Below, one piece after another: positions 13,580 through 25,188 of a stretch of 64,000 bases of DNA. The notes beneath the pieces were generated by a model. The model did not search any database and had not been told where the DNA came from. It saw only the letters and a program-made list of their open reading frames with translations. The position numbers and the translations under genes were made by a program. Position 1 is the stretch's first letter; each line of letters starts with the position of its first letter. The stretch comes from Mobula hypostoma (taxonomy: Eukaryota), in contig NC_086097.1 of assembly GCF_963921235.1 (NCBI RefSeq), forward strand, positions 238,764,001 to 238,828,000. Reading direction: 5' to 3'.

Positions 13580-14555
13580 GTACCAGTGCCCCCCAGGGAT
13601 GTGTGCTCTCCCCAGTGTTCTTCTCCCTTTACACTAATGACTGCACCTCACAGGATCCATCTGTTAAACTCCTGAAGTTTGCAGACAACACACTTTCACT
13701 GGCCTTATCTGAGACAGTGACGAGTCTGCATACAGACGGGTGGTGGAACGGCTAGCCCTCTAGTGTGGTCAGAATAATCTGGAGCTAAATACGCTCAAGA
13801 CTGTGGAGATGACAGTGGACTTCAGGAGGAGCCCCCCAATACTCCCCCCACTCACTATACTCAACAGTATTATGTCTGCTGTGGAGACCTTCAGGTTTCT
13901 GGGTGTCATAATCTCCCAGGACCTGAAGTAGACACCCAACGCGGACACTCGTATCAAAAAGGCTCAGCAGAGGTTGTATTTCCTACGTCGACTCAGGAAG
14001 TACAACCTGCCTCAGGAGCTGCTGATTCAATTCTATTCAGGAATAATCCAGTCTGTTCTCTGTTCGTCCATCACTGTCTGGTTTGGATCAGCTACCAAAC
14101 AAGACAAGAATAGACTCCAAAGAACCGGCAGGGCTGCGGAAAGGATTATTGGTGTGAAGCTGCCCTCGATCCAGGACTTATATGCATGTAGAGTCAGGAA
14201 GCGAGCAAGCAGCATAATTGTAGACCCATCACACCCTGGACATCACCTGTTCCAACTCCTTCCTTCTGGTAGGCGATTTAGATCACTGTTTGCCAGGACA
14301 AATAGGTACAAGAACAGTTTCTTTCCGTATGCCATCAGCCTTATGAACACTTGAATTTTAGTCTATTATAAAACAAGTCCACCTGTACATACACAGGTAT
14401 ACCTCATTGTATATAGTTCACGATTATTTGCACTGTTGTTTTGTTTGCTTTTTGATTTTGCACAGCGAGAGCTCAGGGAAACCGGCGTCAAGTTCCCTGC
14501 ATGTGTCCACATACTTGGTGATAATATAGGACTCAGATTCTGATTCGGATTCTGA
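13580..14555 (+). mobile_element. Rex1/Babar-clade LINE, 5'-truncated
   Basis: PQGCVLSP..FSLYTND, KFADN and AQQRLYFLRRLRK motifs, with a (GATTCT)n tail. Nested in the tail of an older related element. Confidence 0.85.
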
Positions 14556-15804
14556 AATTTACTTTGAACTTTGGGAATTATAAAACTTAACTGAGAGCCT
14601 AGATATGTTGGTGCACGATGGAGTGAGGGGGGAATAAGATGTGGTGTACTTAAGGACACAGGCTGCAGTGTTTTAGATAATTTCACATTTAGGGAATGCT
14701 GCCTTGAGGGTCCTGCAATTGTCAAAGTGTGAAGTAATGAAGCCATGACTGTGGTTCACGAGCAGGTGAGCTAGGTCAGGGATGGGGTCTGGTGACGTAA
14801 GAGATGTGACACATTGACAACCTGAGTCATGGCATAAGCTGGTCAAAGCTCACACCCACATCTGACAGCAAGGTTGAGAATGTTTCATTTTCAGTCTGCT
14901 GTCAGTACAGAGATGGACCTTGTACCTAGGGAAACTGATTTGTGTCAGGCTCTGAAGACAAAGGTTTTGCCACTCCAATATTCCGATGGAAAAAATTCTG
15001 CCCGCTTAATATGAATTTTTAGACAAGCTGTCTGACAATCTGGACGTTCTTTCCATTTGGTGTCAGAATATCAACATAGCATTCTGATATCCAGAATTAC
15101 TTTGGACAGAGAAACGGTGGACAGAAAAAGATCCTATGATCCAACTGGCGAAGCTCCGCTTAATTTATGATACCTTGTCTACCACTAGGTACTTATTCCC
15201 TTAACCACTTGAAAGCCCAATTGATCTATAAATATCATAAATGATATAAAAGGTAATTTCAGCATAAACATTTGAGAAGTTCCTTCCGAACCTGCTAGTT
15301 GAAGAGTCCATAAGACCATAAGATATAGGAGTAGAATTTGGCCATTTTACCCATCAAATCCAGCTGGCCATTCAAATAATGTGATTCTCACCCCATTATC
15401 CTGCCTTCTCCTGTAAACTTTGATGCCCTTGCTAATCAAGAACCAATCAACATCTGCTTTAAATATACCCAATGACGTCCTCCCAGCCATCTGTTGCAAT
15501 GAATCTCACAGATTCACCACTCACTGGCTTAAGAAATGTCTCCTCATCCCTGTACTAAAGGAGCAAACTTGTCTTCTGAGGCTGTGCCCTCTGATCCAAG
15601 AATAGAAAACATTGCCTCCACGCCCAAACATCTAAGCAAGCCTTTCAATATTCTGTAAGCAATTAGTGCCTTAATTTTGTACTGTACCTACCTTATCTTT
15701 GAGCTGATTACAATGGAAGAAGACTTGAAGAATATTGAAACAGGTGAAGTAATCATTTAACTGAATATGAAATAAGTGTAAAAACTATGTTTAATATTTT
15801 TATG

Positions 15805-16145
15805 TGTGGCAGGGTGGAGATTCATCTCAATAAAAGGAGGTATAAGGCACTGCCCTACAAGTCACCCTTGGGCAAAGTGTAGCATCTACTTAATTCCCCT
15901 GATCAGGGTCATGTGAAGCCATGGCTGCAGGTGGTTGATATCACAATTCCTGGTTATGCAACCAATGATGCCAGGCAGGCAGTCTCTGAAGAGTACTGAT
16001 AATGGCCAGGGTCAGCCGTCTTGTCAAGACACTGCCTAGAAGAAAGCAATGGCAAACCTCTTCTGTAGAAAAATGTGCCAAGAACAATCACAGACATGGA
16101 AAGACCATGAATGCCTAAGACATATAACACAACGTAAAACAAATG
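15805..16145 (+). mobile_element. SINE-like repeat with RTE-type 3' segment
   Basis: Second copy at ~61760-62135. Contains a GCAATGGCAAACC-like RTE/Bov-B-type tail motif. Confidence 0.55.
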
Positions 16146-16764
16146 AACAATATTTAATATTAAAATATAGATTTAACATGGCTTTGGTGCTTTGTGAGGA
16201 AAATCAAAGAATAAACAACTATTTTAAGCCATAGCTAAAGCAGAGGCACAGTGCTGACCAAGATATTCTGTAAGAGTAGCCAGTTTAAGATAGTCAATTT
16301 TCTTCATTTTGTTGAAGCCCAACAGAGCAAGAGAGCTATTTGGTATCAGAGTGTTTAATTATTATATAATTTCCTATAAAATTATTTGAGGCAATCAATT
16401 ATTGATCTGTGGTTATCCATCAACTTGCATTGAACCAGCGTTGCTATCAACTGTAAGCAACCATCATTATTAGAAGGATCAATCAGCCTGAGTAAAAGGA
16501 AGCGACATAATCTTAACAAATGCATTGCTCAGTAGGATTCCCAGGTTCTTGAGATAAAGCAAACATACTTCCTCTGCAATCTGCTCTCAGCAGTGACAGT
16601 ATCGTGATGCTGTGTCATTCTGATCTTCTGAATAGCATCAAGGTAGACAGTTCCTCAACATTTACGAATGTTATCAACAATGCACGTTTTCTGACACATA
16701 CAGGTGCCCAAGAAGAATGTGGTGACCTGTCTCAATTACTATTGTGCTGTAGCATACCCACAGT

Positions 16765-17570
16765 GATGAAGGTTTTTGAGAGGTTGGTGATGAAACATGT
16801 AAGCTCCTGCCTCAGAAGTGACTGAGCTCGGTGATATTATTTCAGGGGTCTTTTCCTGAGCCCAGCATGTAAGTGCAATTGTGAAGAAAGTACAGCACCG
16901 CCTCTATTTTCTTGGGGTTTTATGAAGATTTGGTTTGACATCTGAACGTTTGACAAACTTCTATAGATGTGTAACGGAGGGGATATTGACTGGCTGCATC
17001 GCAGCCTCGTATGGAAGCACTAATGCCCTTGAATGGAAAATCCTACAAAAAGTAGTGGATGCAGCCAGTCCAACACAGGTAAAGCCATCTCTACCATTGA
17101 GCACATCAACCTAAAACAGTGTTGCAGTAAAACAGCATCAATTATCAGGGACCCCACCACCCAGGGCATGCCCTCTTCTCACCGCTACCATCAGGAAGGA
17201 AGTACAGGAGCCTCAGGACTCACACCACCAGATTCAACCATCAGGCCCTTGAATCAAAAGGGATAACTTTCCTCAACTTCACTTGCACCATCACTGAAAT
17301 GTTCCCACAACCTACAGAGTCACTCTCAAGGTTTCTTCATATCATGCTCTCAACATTTATTGCTTATTTATTTATAATCATCATTTTTTAAAAATCTTTT
17401 TGTACTTGCATCCTATGTTGTCTTTTGCACACTGGTTGAATGTCCAAGTTGATGCGGTCTTCCAGTGATCCTGTTATAGTTACTATTCTATCGATGTAGT
17501 GAGTATGCCTGCAAGAAAATGAATCTCGGGGTTGTATATGTACTTTGATAATAAATTTACTTTGAACTCT
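16765..17570 (+). mobile_element. Degenerate Rex1/Babar LINE fragment
   Basis: VMKVFERLVMKHV, NFYRC and GCI motifs, and a tactttgataataaatttactttgaac tail. Confidence 0.7.
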
Positions 17571-18419
17571 GATTTACCAGAGAGTACAAACTTTTGGTAA
17601 GATCTATTCGTAATACTGTGAATTCACTTGTGGTTATAGTGACCATTAGGTAAAGCAGCTTCAGAAAGTTTATATTGTAGGTGATAACGTTCCTAAGAAT
17701 TGCACTCTGAGGTCATAAGAAGCCCTGCTGATCACTGTATGGGAATTAAAGAGACAGACCTTCACTTCAGAGTCATAGTTTAGAACATCCCGATGACTTG
17801 TACAAACCAAATCCATCCAGCCAAGTGTCTCTCAGCCTTCCTGAGAGAAACTAATGAATAAGCCTGCCAGTCTTCCAGAACATGGCATCAATCACCAGCT
17901 GAGTGCAGACAGCAAGGGTTCTGACTTATGCCAACAAAATCATTCCCTGCTGCTTGGATCATCCACCATAGCAATGAAATTTATGGCTGCTGTCAATTTA
18001 ACAGCCACAGGCAACAGTGACTGGAGTCACGTAAGGCCCCTCTAAATCAAGTAGTATTAATTGGTACAGTTCAGGTCTGATCCCCCTACCGAGTATGAAA
18101 CTCTTGAATCTTTGACAGGTTCAGTTAACACGCTTGGATTTAATATTATTTCCTGAGGATAAATGCAAGTTTTGGCTTTTCTCTTCTGTGGATATTCCAA
18201 TGTTTTTGACATTTTTCACTGTCATGTCCTTTACCGCCACAAATGGTAGCACAGCAACCATCTTGTGAAGAGAAATTTTGAGATCCATTCAAGAACATTC
18301 ATGTCATTAACGTTGCACCTTATCATCCATGCACTGACCACCACTCTATTCACACCAACCCAACCTTTCCACCAAACCCACAGAAGAAGGTGGGTGCTAT
18401 TGTAGTCTGATGAACTGAC

Positions 18420-18890
18420 TTCTAGTTTGCTGAAGCAAGGTAGCAACTCTCAGACATCTTCTCATACCTAACCCTCAAAGAGGACCCCATTCCAGACCAT
18501 CAGAAAACCATCTCCAACACCATCAACGACCTCATCCTCTCTGGAGAACTCCCATCCACTGCCAGCAAACTCTTATTTCCCTTACCCCACACTAATTCGT
18601 TTCTACCTCCTACCCAAGATCCACAAACCTGACTGTCCATGTCAGCCCATTGATTCTGCATGCTCTTGTCTCATTGAACTCGTGTCTGCATACCTTGCCT
18701 CTATTCTATCCTCCTTGGTTCACTCCCTTCCCACCCACATCTGCAATCTCCTCCATAGCTTTCAATTTCCTGACCGTCTCATTTACACCATGGATGTCCA
18801 GTTCCAATTCACTTCTACCCCAATCAAGAGGGCTTTAAAGCTCTGCTCTACTTTCTCAACAAAAACCCCAACCAGTTCCCCTCTGCCACC
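18420..18890 (+). mobile_element. Penelope-like RT fragment
   Basis: Frameshifted RFYLLPKIHKPDCP..ELVSAYL and IYTMDV motifs. Confidence 0.75.
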
Positions 18891-19056
18891 AACAACACAC
18901 ACAAAATGCTGGAGGAACTCAACAAGCCAGGCAGCATGAGTGAACAGTTAGCGTTTCAGGTCAAGACCCCTCCACCACCACCCTCCTCTATCTATCACCT
19001 TCTCACTAGTTCTCCTCCCTCCACCTTTTTATTCTGCCATCTCTCCCCTTCCTTTC

Positions 19057-19094
19057 CAGTCCTGAAGAAGGGTCTTGGCTTGAAATGTCAACTG
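19057..19094 (+). ncRNA. Minimal hammerhead ribozyme motif (core intact, helices weakened)
   Basis: CAGUC-CUGAAGA-A-GGGUCUUGGCUU-GAAA-UGUC-AACUG. Confidence 0.55.
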
Positions 19095-19549
19095 TTCATT
19101 CATTTCCATATATGTTGCCTGACCTGCAGAGTTCCTCCAGCATTTATTTATTTAGATAGAGCATGGAATAGGCTCTTCCAGCCCTTTGAACCGTGTCTCC
19201 CAGCAATCCCTTGATTTAATCCTAGCTTATTCACAGGGCAATTCACAATGACCAATCAACCTACCAACTGATTTGTCTTTGGACTGTGGGTGGAATTCGA
19301 AGCACCCGGAGGAAACCCACGTGGCCACGAGGAGAGCGTACAAACTTCTTACAGGCAGCAGTGGGAATTGAACTGGGCAGCTGGGACTGTAAGGTGATGT
19401 GCTAACCACTTCACTACCATGCCACCCTATGAAGCAGACTGACGTAGTAAAGCCGACAGGTTATTAATTGCCTCCCAAACTTCAGTTTCTTTGAAGTCTA
19501 TGCAACTGAATTTTGAAAGTGGAAGATTAGGTATAAACTAATATACCTA

Positions 19550-20430
19550 ATAGATGTTGATAGTGTGGAGGGCTGTCAGAGGTTACAACGGGACATTGAT
19601 AGGATGCAAAACTGGGCTGAGAAGTGGCAGATGGAGCTCAACCCAGATAAGTGTGAGGTGGTTCATTTTGGTAGGTCAAATGTGATGGCAGAATATAGTA
19701 TTAATGGTAAGGCTCTTGGCAGTGTGTAGGATCAGAGGGATCTTGGGGTCCAAATCCATAGGACACTCAAAGCTACTACGCAGGTTGACTCTGTGGTTAA
19801 GAAGGCATACAGTGCATTGGCCTTCATCAATCGTGGGATTGAGTTTAAGAGCCAAGAGGTAATGTTGCAGCTATATAGGACCCTGGTCAGACCCCACTTG
19901 GAGTACTGCGCTCAATTCTGGTCGCCTCACCACAGGAAGGACGTAGAAACCACAGAAAGAGTGCAGAGGAGATTTACAAGGATGTTGCCTGGATTGGGGA
20001 GCATGCCTTATGATAATAGTTTGAGTGAACTCGGCCTTTTCTCCTCGGAGCGACGGAGGATGAGAGGTGACCTGATAGGAGTGTACAAGAAAATGAGAGG
20101 CATTGATTGTGGGGATAGTTAGAGGCTTTTCCACAGGGCTGAAATGGCTAGTACAAGAGGGCACAGTTTTAAGATGCTTGGAAGTAGATACAGAGGAGAT
20201 GTCAGGGGTAAGTATTTTACACAGAGAGTGGTGAGTGCATGGAATGGGCTGCCAGTGGCAGTGGTAGAGGCAGAAATGATGGGGTCTTTTAAGAGATTCC
20301 TGGATGGCGACATGGAGCTTAGAAAAATTGAGGACTATGGGTAAAGCCTAGGTAGTTCTAAGGTTTGGCATAGCTTTGTGGGCCGAAGTGCCAGTATTGT
20401 GCTGTATGTTTTGTATGTTTCTATGTTTCT
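19550..20430 (+). mobile_element. CR1 LINE 3' portion
   Basis: WAEKWQME and LVRPHLEYCAQFWSP motifs, with a (TATGTTTC)n tail. Confidence 0.9.
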
Positions 20431-20519
20431 AACAAGTACAAGCGTATAAATTTCTATTCCCTGAAAATTTTTGCCTGGTTGGAAGACTAAGCATTATGTA
20501 AGTAACTCGTTCCCTTCAC

Positions 20520-20825
20520 AATTCAGTCAGGGCCACAAACTGCCCTTCCAGGTGAGGCGACACTTCACCTGTGAGTCTGTTGGGATCATCTACCGTATCA
20601 GGTGCTCCTGGTGTAGCCTCTCATACATCAGTGAGACCTGACGTAGATTGGGAGACCGTTTCGCTGAGCATCTGTGCTCCATGCACCAGAAAAAGCAGGA
20701 TTTCCCAGTGGCCACCAGCTTCAGTTCTACTTCCCGTTCCCATTCTGACATGTCAGTCCATGGCCTCCTCTGCTGCTACAATGAGGCCCACAGGTCGGAG
20801 GAGCAACATCTTATATTCCATCATG
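20520..20825 (+). mobile_element. Penelope-like GIY-YIG fragment
   Basis: LGDRFAEHL..DMSVHGLL, homologous to ORF 4337-5080. Confidence 0.8.
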
Positions 20826-21413
20826 GGGGGGGCGCAGGTATGTACAAAATCCTTCCAGCCTACAGCGGAAATTGAATCCTGATAGGCTATGACTGGCATT
20901 GTAAAGCATTACTCTAACCACTGCACTACCATGGCAGCCCAGCGGTAAATGTAAATGACTTCCAGAGGAAGGAGATAAAAAATGAAAAAAAATATATATA
21001 GCATATTGTTTGTCTTTAGCTTGGAAGCTTTCCATTCTATTATGTTTCTATTGCTTCCTGACCAAATGAGTGTTCAAGTGACATGGATTACATGAAATGT
21101 GCACCCTAATCCTTCCGCACTATTGTCTGGGAGCTTTATCCTTCAGCTGCATGCTAACAATATAGTCTCCAGTGCTGAACAGATCAGGCGCAAAAGCCAA
21201 CCAGCCCTTCTGCGAACTTGTTAACTTGCAATATTCAAATTATCTCTGCTGACAACATGTTTGGCAAAAATTATACTGTGCATTCGCAAAATACAGAAAC
21301 ACCTAGAGTTAAAGAATTAACATCGACATTTCCCAGGCTGACATCTGAGCTCTCTATGTCATGTTGAACATATTGTTACAACCTTCCCAAGGACTTACTA
21401 AATCATGTGTTAT

Positions 21414-22569
21414 CATAGAAACATAGAAACATAGAAAATAGGTGCAGGAGTAGGCCATTCGGCCCTTCGAGCCTGCACCGCCATTTATTATGATCATGGC
21501 TGATCATCCAACTCAGAACCCCGCCCCAGCCTTCCCTCCATACCCCCTGACCCCTGTAGCCACAAGGGCCATATCTAACTCCCTCTTAAACATAGCTAAT
21601 GAACTGGCCTCAACAGTTTGCTGTGGCAGAGAATTCCACAGATTCACCACTCTCTGTGTGAAGAAGTTTTTCCTAACCTCAGTCCTAAAAGGCTTCCCCT
21701 CTATCCTCAAACTGTGACCCCTCGTTCTAGACCTCCCCAACATCGGGAACAATCTTCCCGCATCTAGCCTGTCCAATCCCTTTAGGATCTTATACGTTTC
21801 AATCAGATCCCCCCTAAATCTTCTAAATTCCAACGAGTACAAGCCCAGTTCATCCAGTCTTTCTTCATATGAAAGACCTGCCATCCCAGGAATCAATCTG
21901 GTGAACCTTCTTTGTACTCCCTCTATGGCAAAGATGTCTTTCCTCAGATTAGGGGACCAAAACTGCACACAATACTCTAGGTGTGGTCTCACCAAGGCCT
22001 TGTACAACTGCAGTAGTACCTCCCTGCTCCTGTACTCGAATCCTCTCGCTATAAATGCCAGCATACCGTTCGCCTTTTTCACCGCCTGCTGTACCTGCAT
22101 GCCCACTTTCAATGACTGGTGTATAATGACACCCAGGTCTCGTTGCACCTCCCCTTTTCCTAATCGGCCACCATTCAGATAATAATCTGTTTTCCTATTT
22201 TTGCCACCAAAGTGGATAACTTCACATTTATCCACATTAAATTGCATCTGCCATGAGTTTGCCCACTCACCCAACCTATCCAAGTCACCCTGCATCCTCT
22301 TAGCATCCTCCTCACTGCTAACACTGCCACCCAGCTTTGTGTCATCCGCAAACTTGGAGATGCTGCATTTAATTCCCTCATCCAAGTCATTAATATATAT
22401 TGTAAACAACTGGGGTCCCAGCACTGAGCTTTGCGGTACCCCACTAGTCACCGCCTGCCATTCTGAAAAGGTCCCGTTTATTCCCACTCTTTGCTTCCTG
22501 TCTGCTAACCAATTCTCCACCCACACCAATACCTTACCCCCAATACCGTGTGCTTTTTGCACACTAATC
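21414..22569 (-). mobile_element. Young CR1 LINE, 5'-truncated (left arm of inverted pair)
   Basis: Open RT C-terminal ORF ending at 21513, a (CATAGAAA)n tail, and ~97-98% identity to 24035-25188. Confidence 0.95.
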
Positions 22570-23359
22570 CATGTAATAATGAGCTGACTTAGCATTAAAA
22601 TGCATACTAAACCTAACCATATGTCTTCAGAATATGGGATGAACTGGAACACACAGAGGAACCCCACACAATCGTGGGGAGAAGCTCCTTACGAACAGCA
22701 GTGCGAATTGAACCCTTGATCAGTGACCGTTACTGTTATAAAGCAAAGCAGTTAACCACTGTGCTACAGGACCATCCTAATCTTCCTAAATCAAGTGCAC
22801 TATAAAATACTGTTGGTTTTACTTCCAAGTATAAGACTGTTATGAAATGTTGTGTCATATTCAAGTTCTCCCCAGGTCATGACACAGTTGCAGTCGCGAG
22901 AAATGTTCATAACCAATTCCCACATCAGGAGAAAGTGCTTGCAATCTGCAGCAGCTGGCAAGTGCATCCTGCCAGTCTCTTCAACGCTCATTTATGTTTA
23001 TGATGTATCCACGGGTTGTGTGTTCATAATTTGAAGATGTGTAAAATAAAGTCAAAACTTTGCTTTGAAAATCCAGTACAGTTGTTCCTCATGGCTAAGT
23101 AGATCCCTATTCCCAAATGTCATTTGATATACAAAGCTGAGTATAGTGTTTCATTTCACATTGTTAGATATGTCCACAAGACTTTTATAATAACTTCCAT
23201 GCTTTCTAAGGTTCTTCCAGGAGTGCAGCCAGTCCAAGAACCATTGAGGGAAAGGCTCTGAAGGGAAATTCCTTTCCATAGGTGCTGTCTGACCTGCTGA
23301 GTTCCACCAGCATTTTGTGTGTGTCAGTCATATCTTCTTATTTAGCAATACAGTGCAAA

Positions 23360-25188
23360 AAGGAAAAGACTGGTAAAGACAAATGTAGGTCCCCTGCAGA
23401 CAGAAACAGGTGAATTGATTATGGGGAGCAAGGACATGGCAGACCAATTGAATAATTACTTTGGTTCTGTCTTCACTAAGGAGGACATAAATAATCTTCC
23501 AGAAATAGTAAGGGACAGAGGGTCCAGTGAGATGGAGGAACTGAGTGAAATACATGTTAGTAGGGAAGTGGTGTTAGGTAAATTGAAGGGATTGAAGGCA
23601 GATAAATCCCCAGGGCCAGATGGTCTGCATCCAAGAGTGCTTAAGGAAGTAGCCCAAGAAATAGTGGATGCATTAGTGATAATTTTTCAAAACTCGTTAG
23701 ATTCTGGACTAGTTCCTGAGGATTGGAGGGTGGCTAATGTAACCCCACTTTTTAAAAAAGGAGGGAGAGAGAAACCGGGGAATTATAGACCGGTTAGCCT
23801 AACGTCGGTGGTGGGGAAACTGCTGGAGTCAGTTATCAAGGATGTGATAACAGCACATTTGGAAAGCGGTGAAATGATCGGACAAAGTCAGCATGGATTT
23901 GTGAAAGGAAAATCATGTCTGACGAATCTCATAGAATTTTTTGAGGATGTAACTAGTAGAGTGGATAGGGGAGAACCAGTGGATGTGGTATATTTGGATT
24001 CTCAAAAGGCTTTTGACAAGGTCCCACACAGGAGATTAGTGTGCAAACTTAAAGCACACGGTATTGGGGGTAAGGTATTGGTGTGGGTGGAGAATTGGTT
24101 AGCAGACAGGAAGCAAAGAGTGGGAATAAACGGGACCTTTTCAGAATGGCAGGCGGTGACTAGTGGGGTACCGCAAAGCTCAGTGCTGGGACCCCAGTTG
24201 TTTACAATATATATTAATGACTTGGATGAGGGAATTAAATGCAGCATCTCCAAGTTTGCGGATGACACGAAGCTGGGCGGCAGTGTTAGCAGTGAGGAGG
24301 ATGCTAAGAGGATGCAGGGTGACTTGGATAGATTGGGTGAGTGGGCAAATTCATGGCAGATGCAATTTAATGTGGTTAAATGTGAAGTTATCTACTTTGG
24401 TGGCAAAAATAGGAAAACAGATTATTATCTGAATGGTGGCCGATTAGGAAAAGGGGAGGTGCAACGAGACCTGGGTGTCATTATACACCAGTCATTGAAA
24501 GTGGGCATGCAGGTACAGCAGGCGGTGAAAAAGGCGAATGGTATGCTGGCATTTATAGCAAGAGGATTCGAGTACAGGAGCAGGGAGGTACTACTGCAGT
24601 TGTACAAGGCCTTGGTGAGACCACACCTGGAGTATTGTGTGCAGTTTTGGTCCCCTAATCTGAGGAAAGACATCCTTGCCATAGAGGGAGTACAAAGAAG
24701 GTTCACCAGATTGATTCCTGGGATGGCAGGACTTTCATATGAAGAAAGACTGGATGAACTGGGCTTGTACTCGTTGGAATTTAGAAGATTGAGGGGGGAT
24801 CTGATTGAAACGTATAAGATCCTAAAGGGATTGGACAGGCTAGATGCAGGAAGATTGTTCCCGATCTTGGGGAAGTCCAGAACGAGGGGCCACAGTTTGA
24901 GGATAGAGGGGAAGCCTTTTAGGACCGAGATTAGGTAAAACTTCTTCACACAGAGAGTGGTGAATCTGTGGAATTCTCTGCCACAGGAAACTGTTGAGGC
25001 CAGTTCATTGGCTATATTTAAGAGGAAGTTAGATATGGCCCTTGTGGCTACGGGGGTCAGGGGGTATGGAGGGAAGGCTGGGGCGGGGTTCTGAGTTGGA
25101 TGATCAGCCATGATCATAATAAATGGCGGTGCAGGCTCGAAGGGCTGAATGGCCTACTCCTGCACCTATTTTCTATGTTTCTATGTTT
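23360..25188 (+). mobile_element. Young CR1 LINE, 5'-truncated, inserted in a tRNA SINE (right arm of inverted pair)
   Basis: 507-aa ORF 23415-24938 ending at a premature TAA, a (TTCTATGT)n tail, and a 14-bp duplication CAATACAGTGCAAA at 23346-23359 and 25189-25202. Confidence 0.95.

Noticed and set aside
14600..15060. Very old L2-like fragment on the minus strand
   Set aside because: Only faint motif resemblance; not supportable without a profile search.
21395..22580. TSD for the left CR1 (actaaatcatgt vs actaatccatgt)
   Set aside because: Imperfect, partly inside CR1 sequence, and not abutting the 3' end.
24425..25117. 230-aa antisense ORF and similar antisense ORFs over CR1s
   Set aside because: Shadow frames of CR1 ORF2, with no independent gene evidence.
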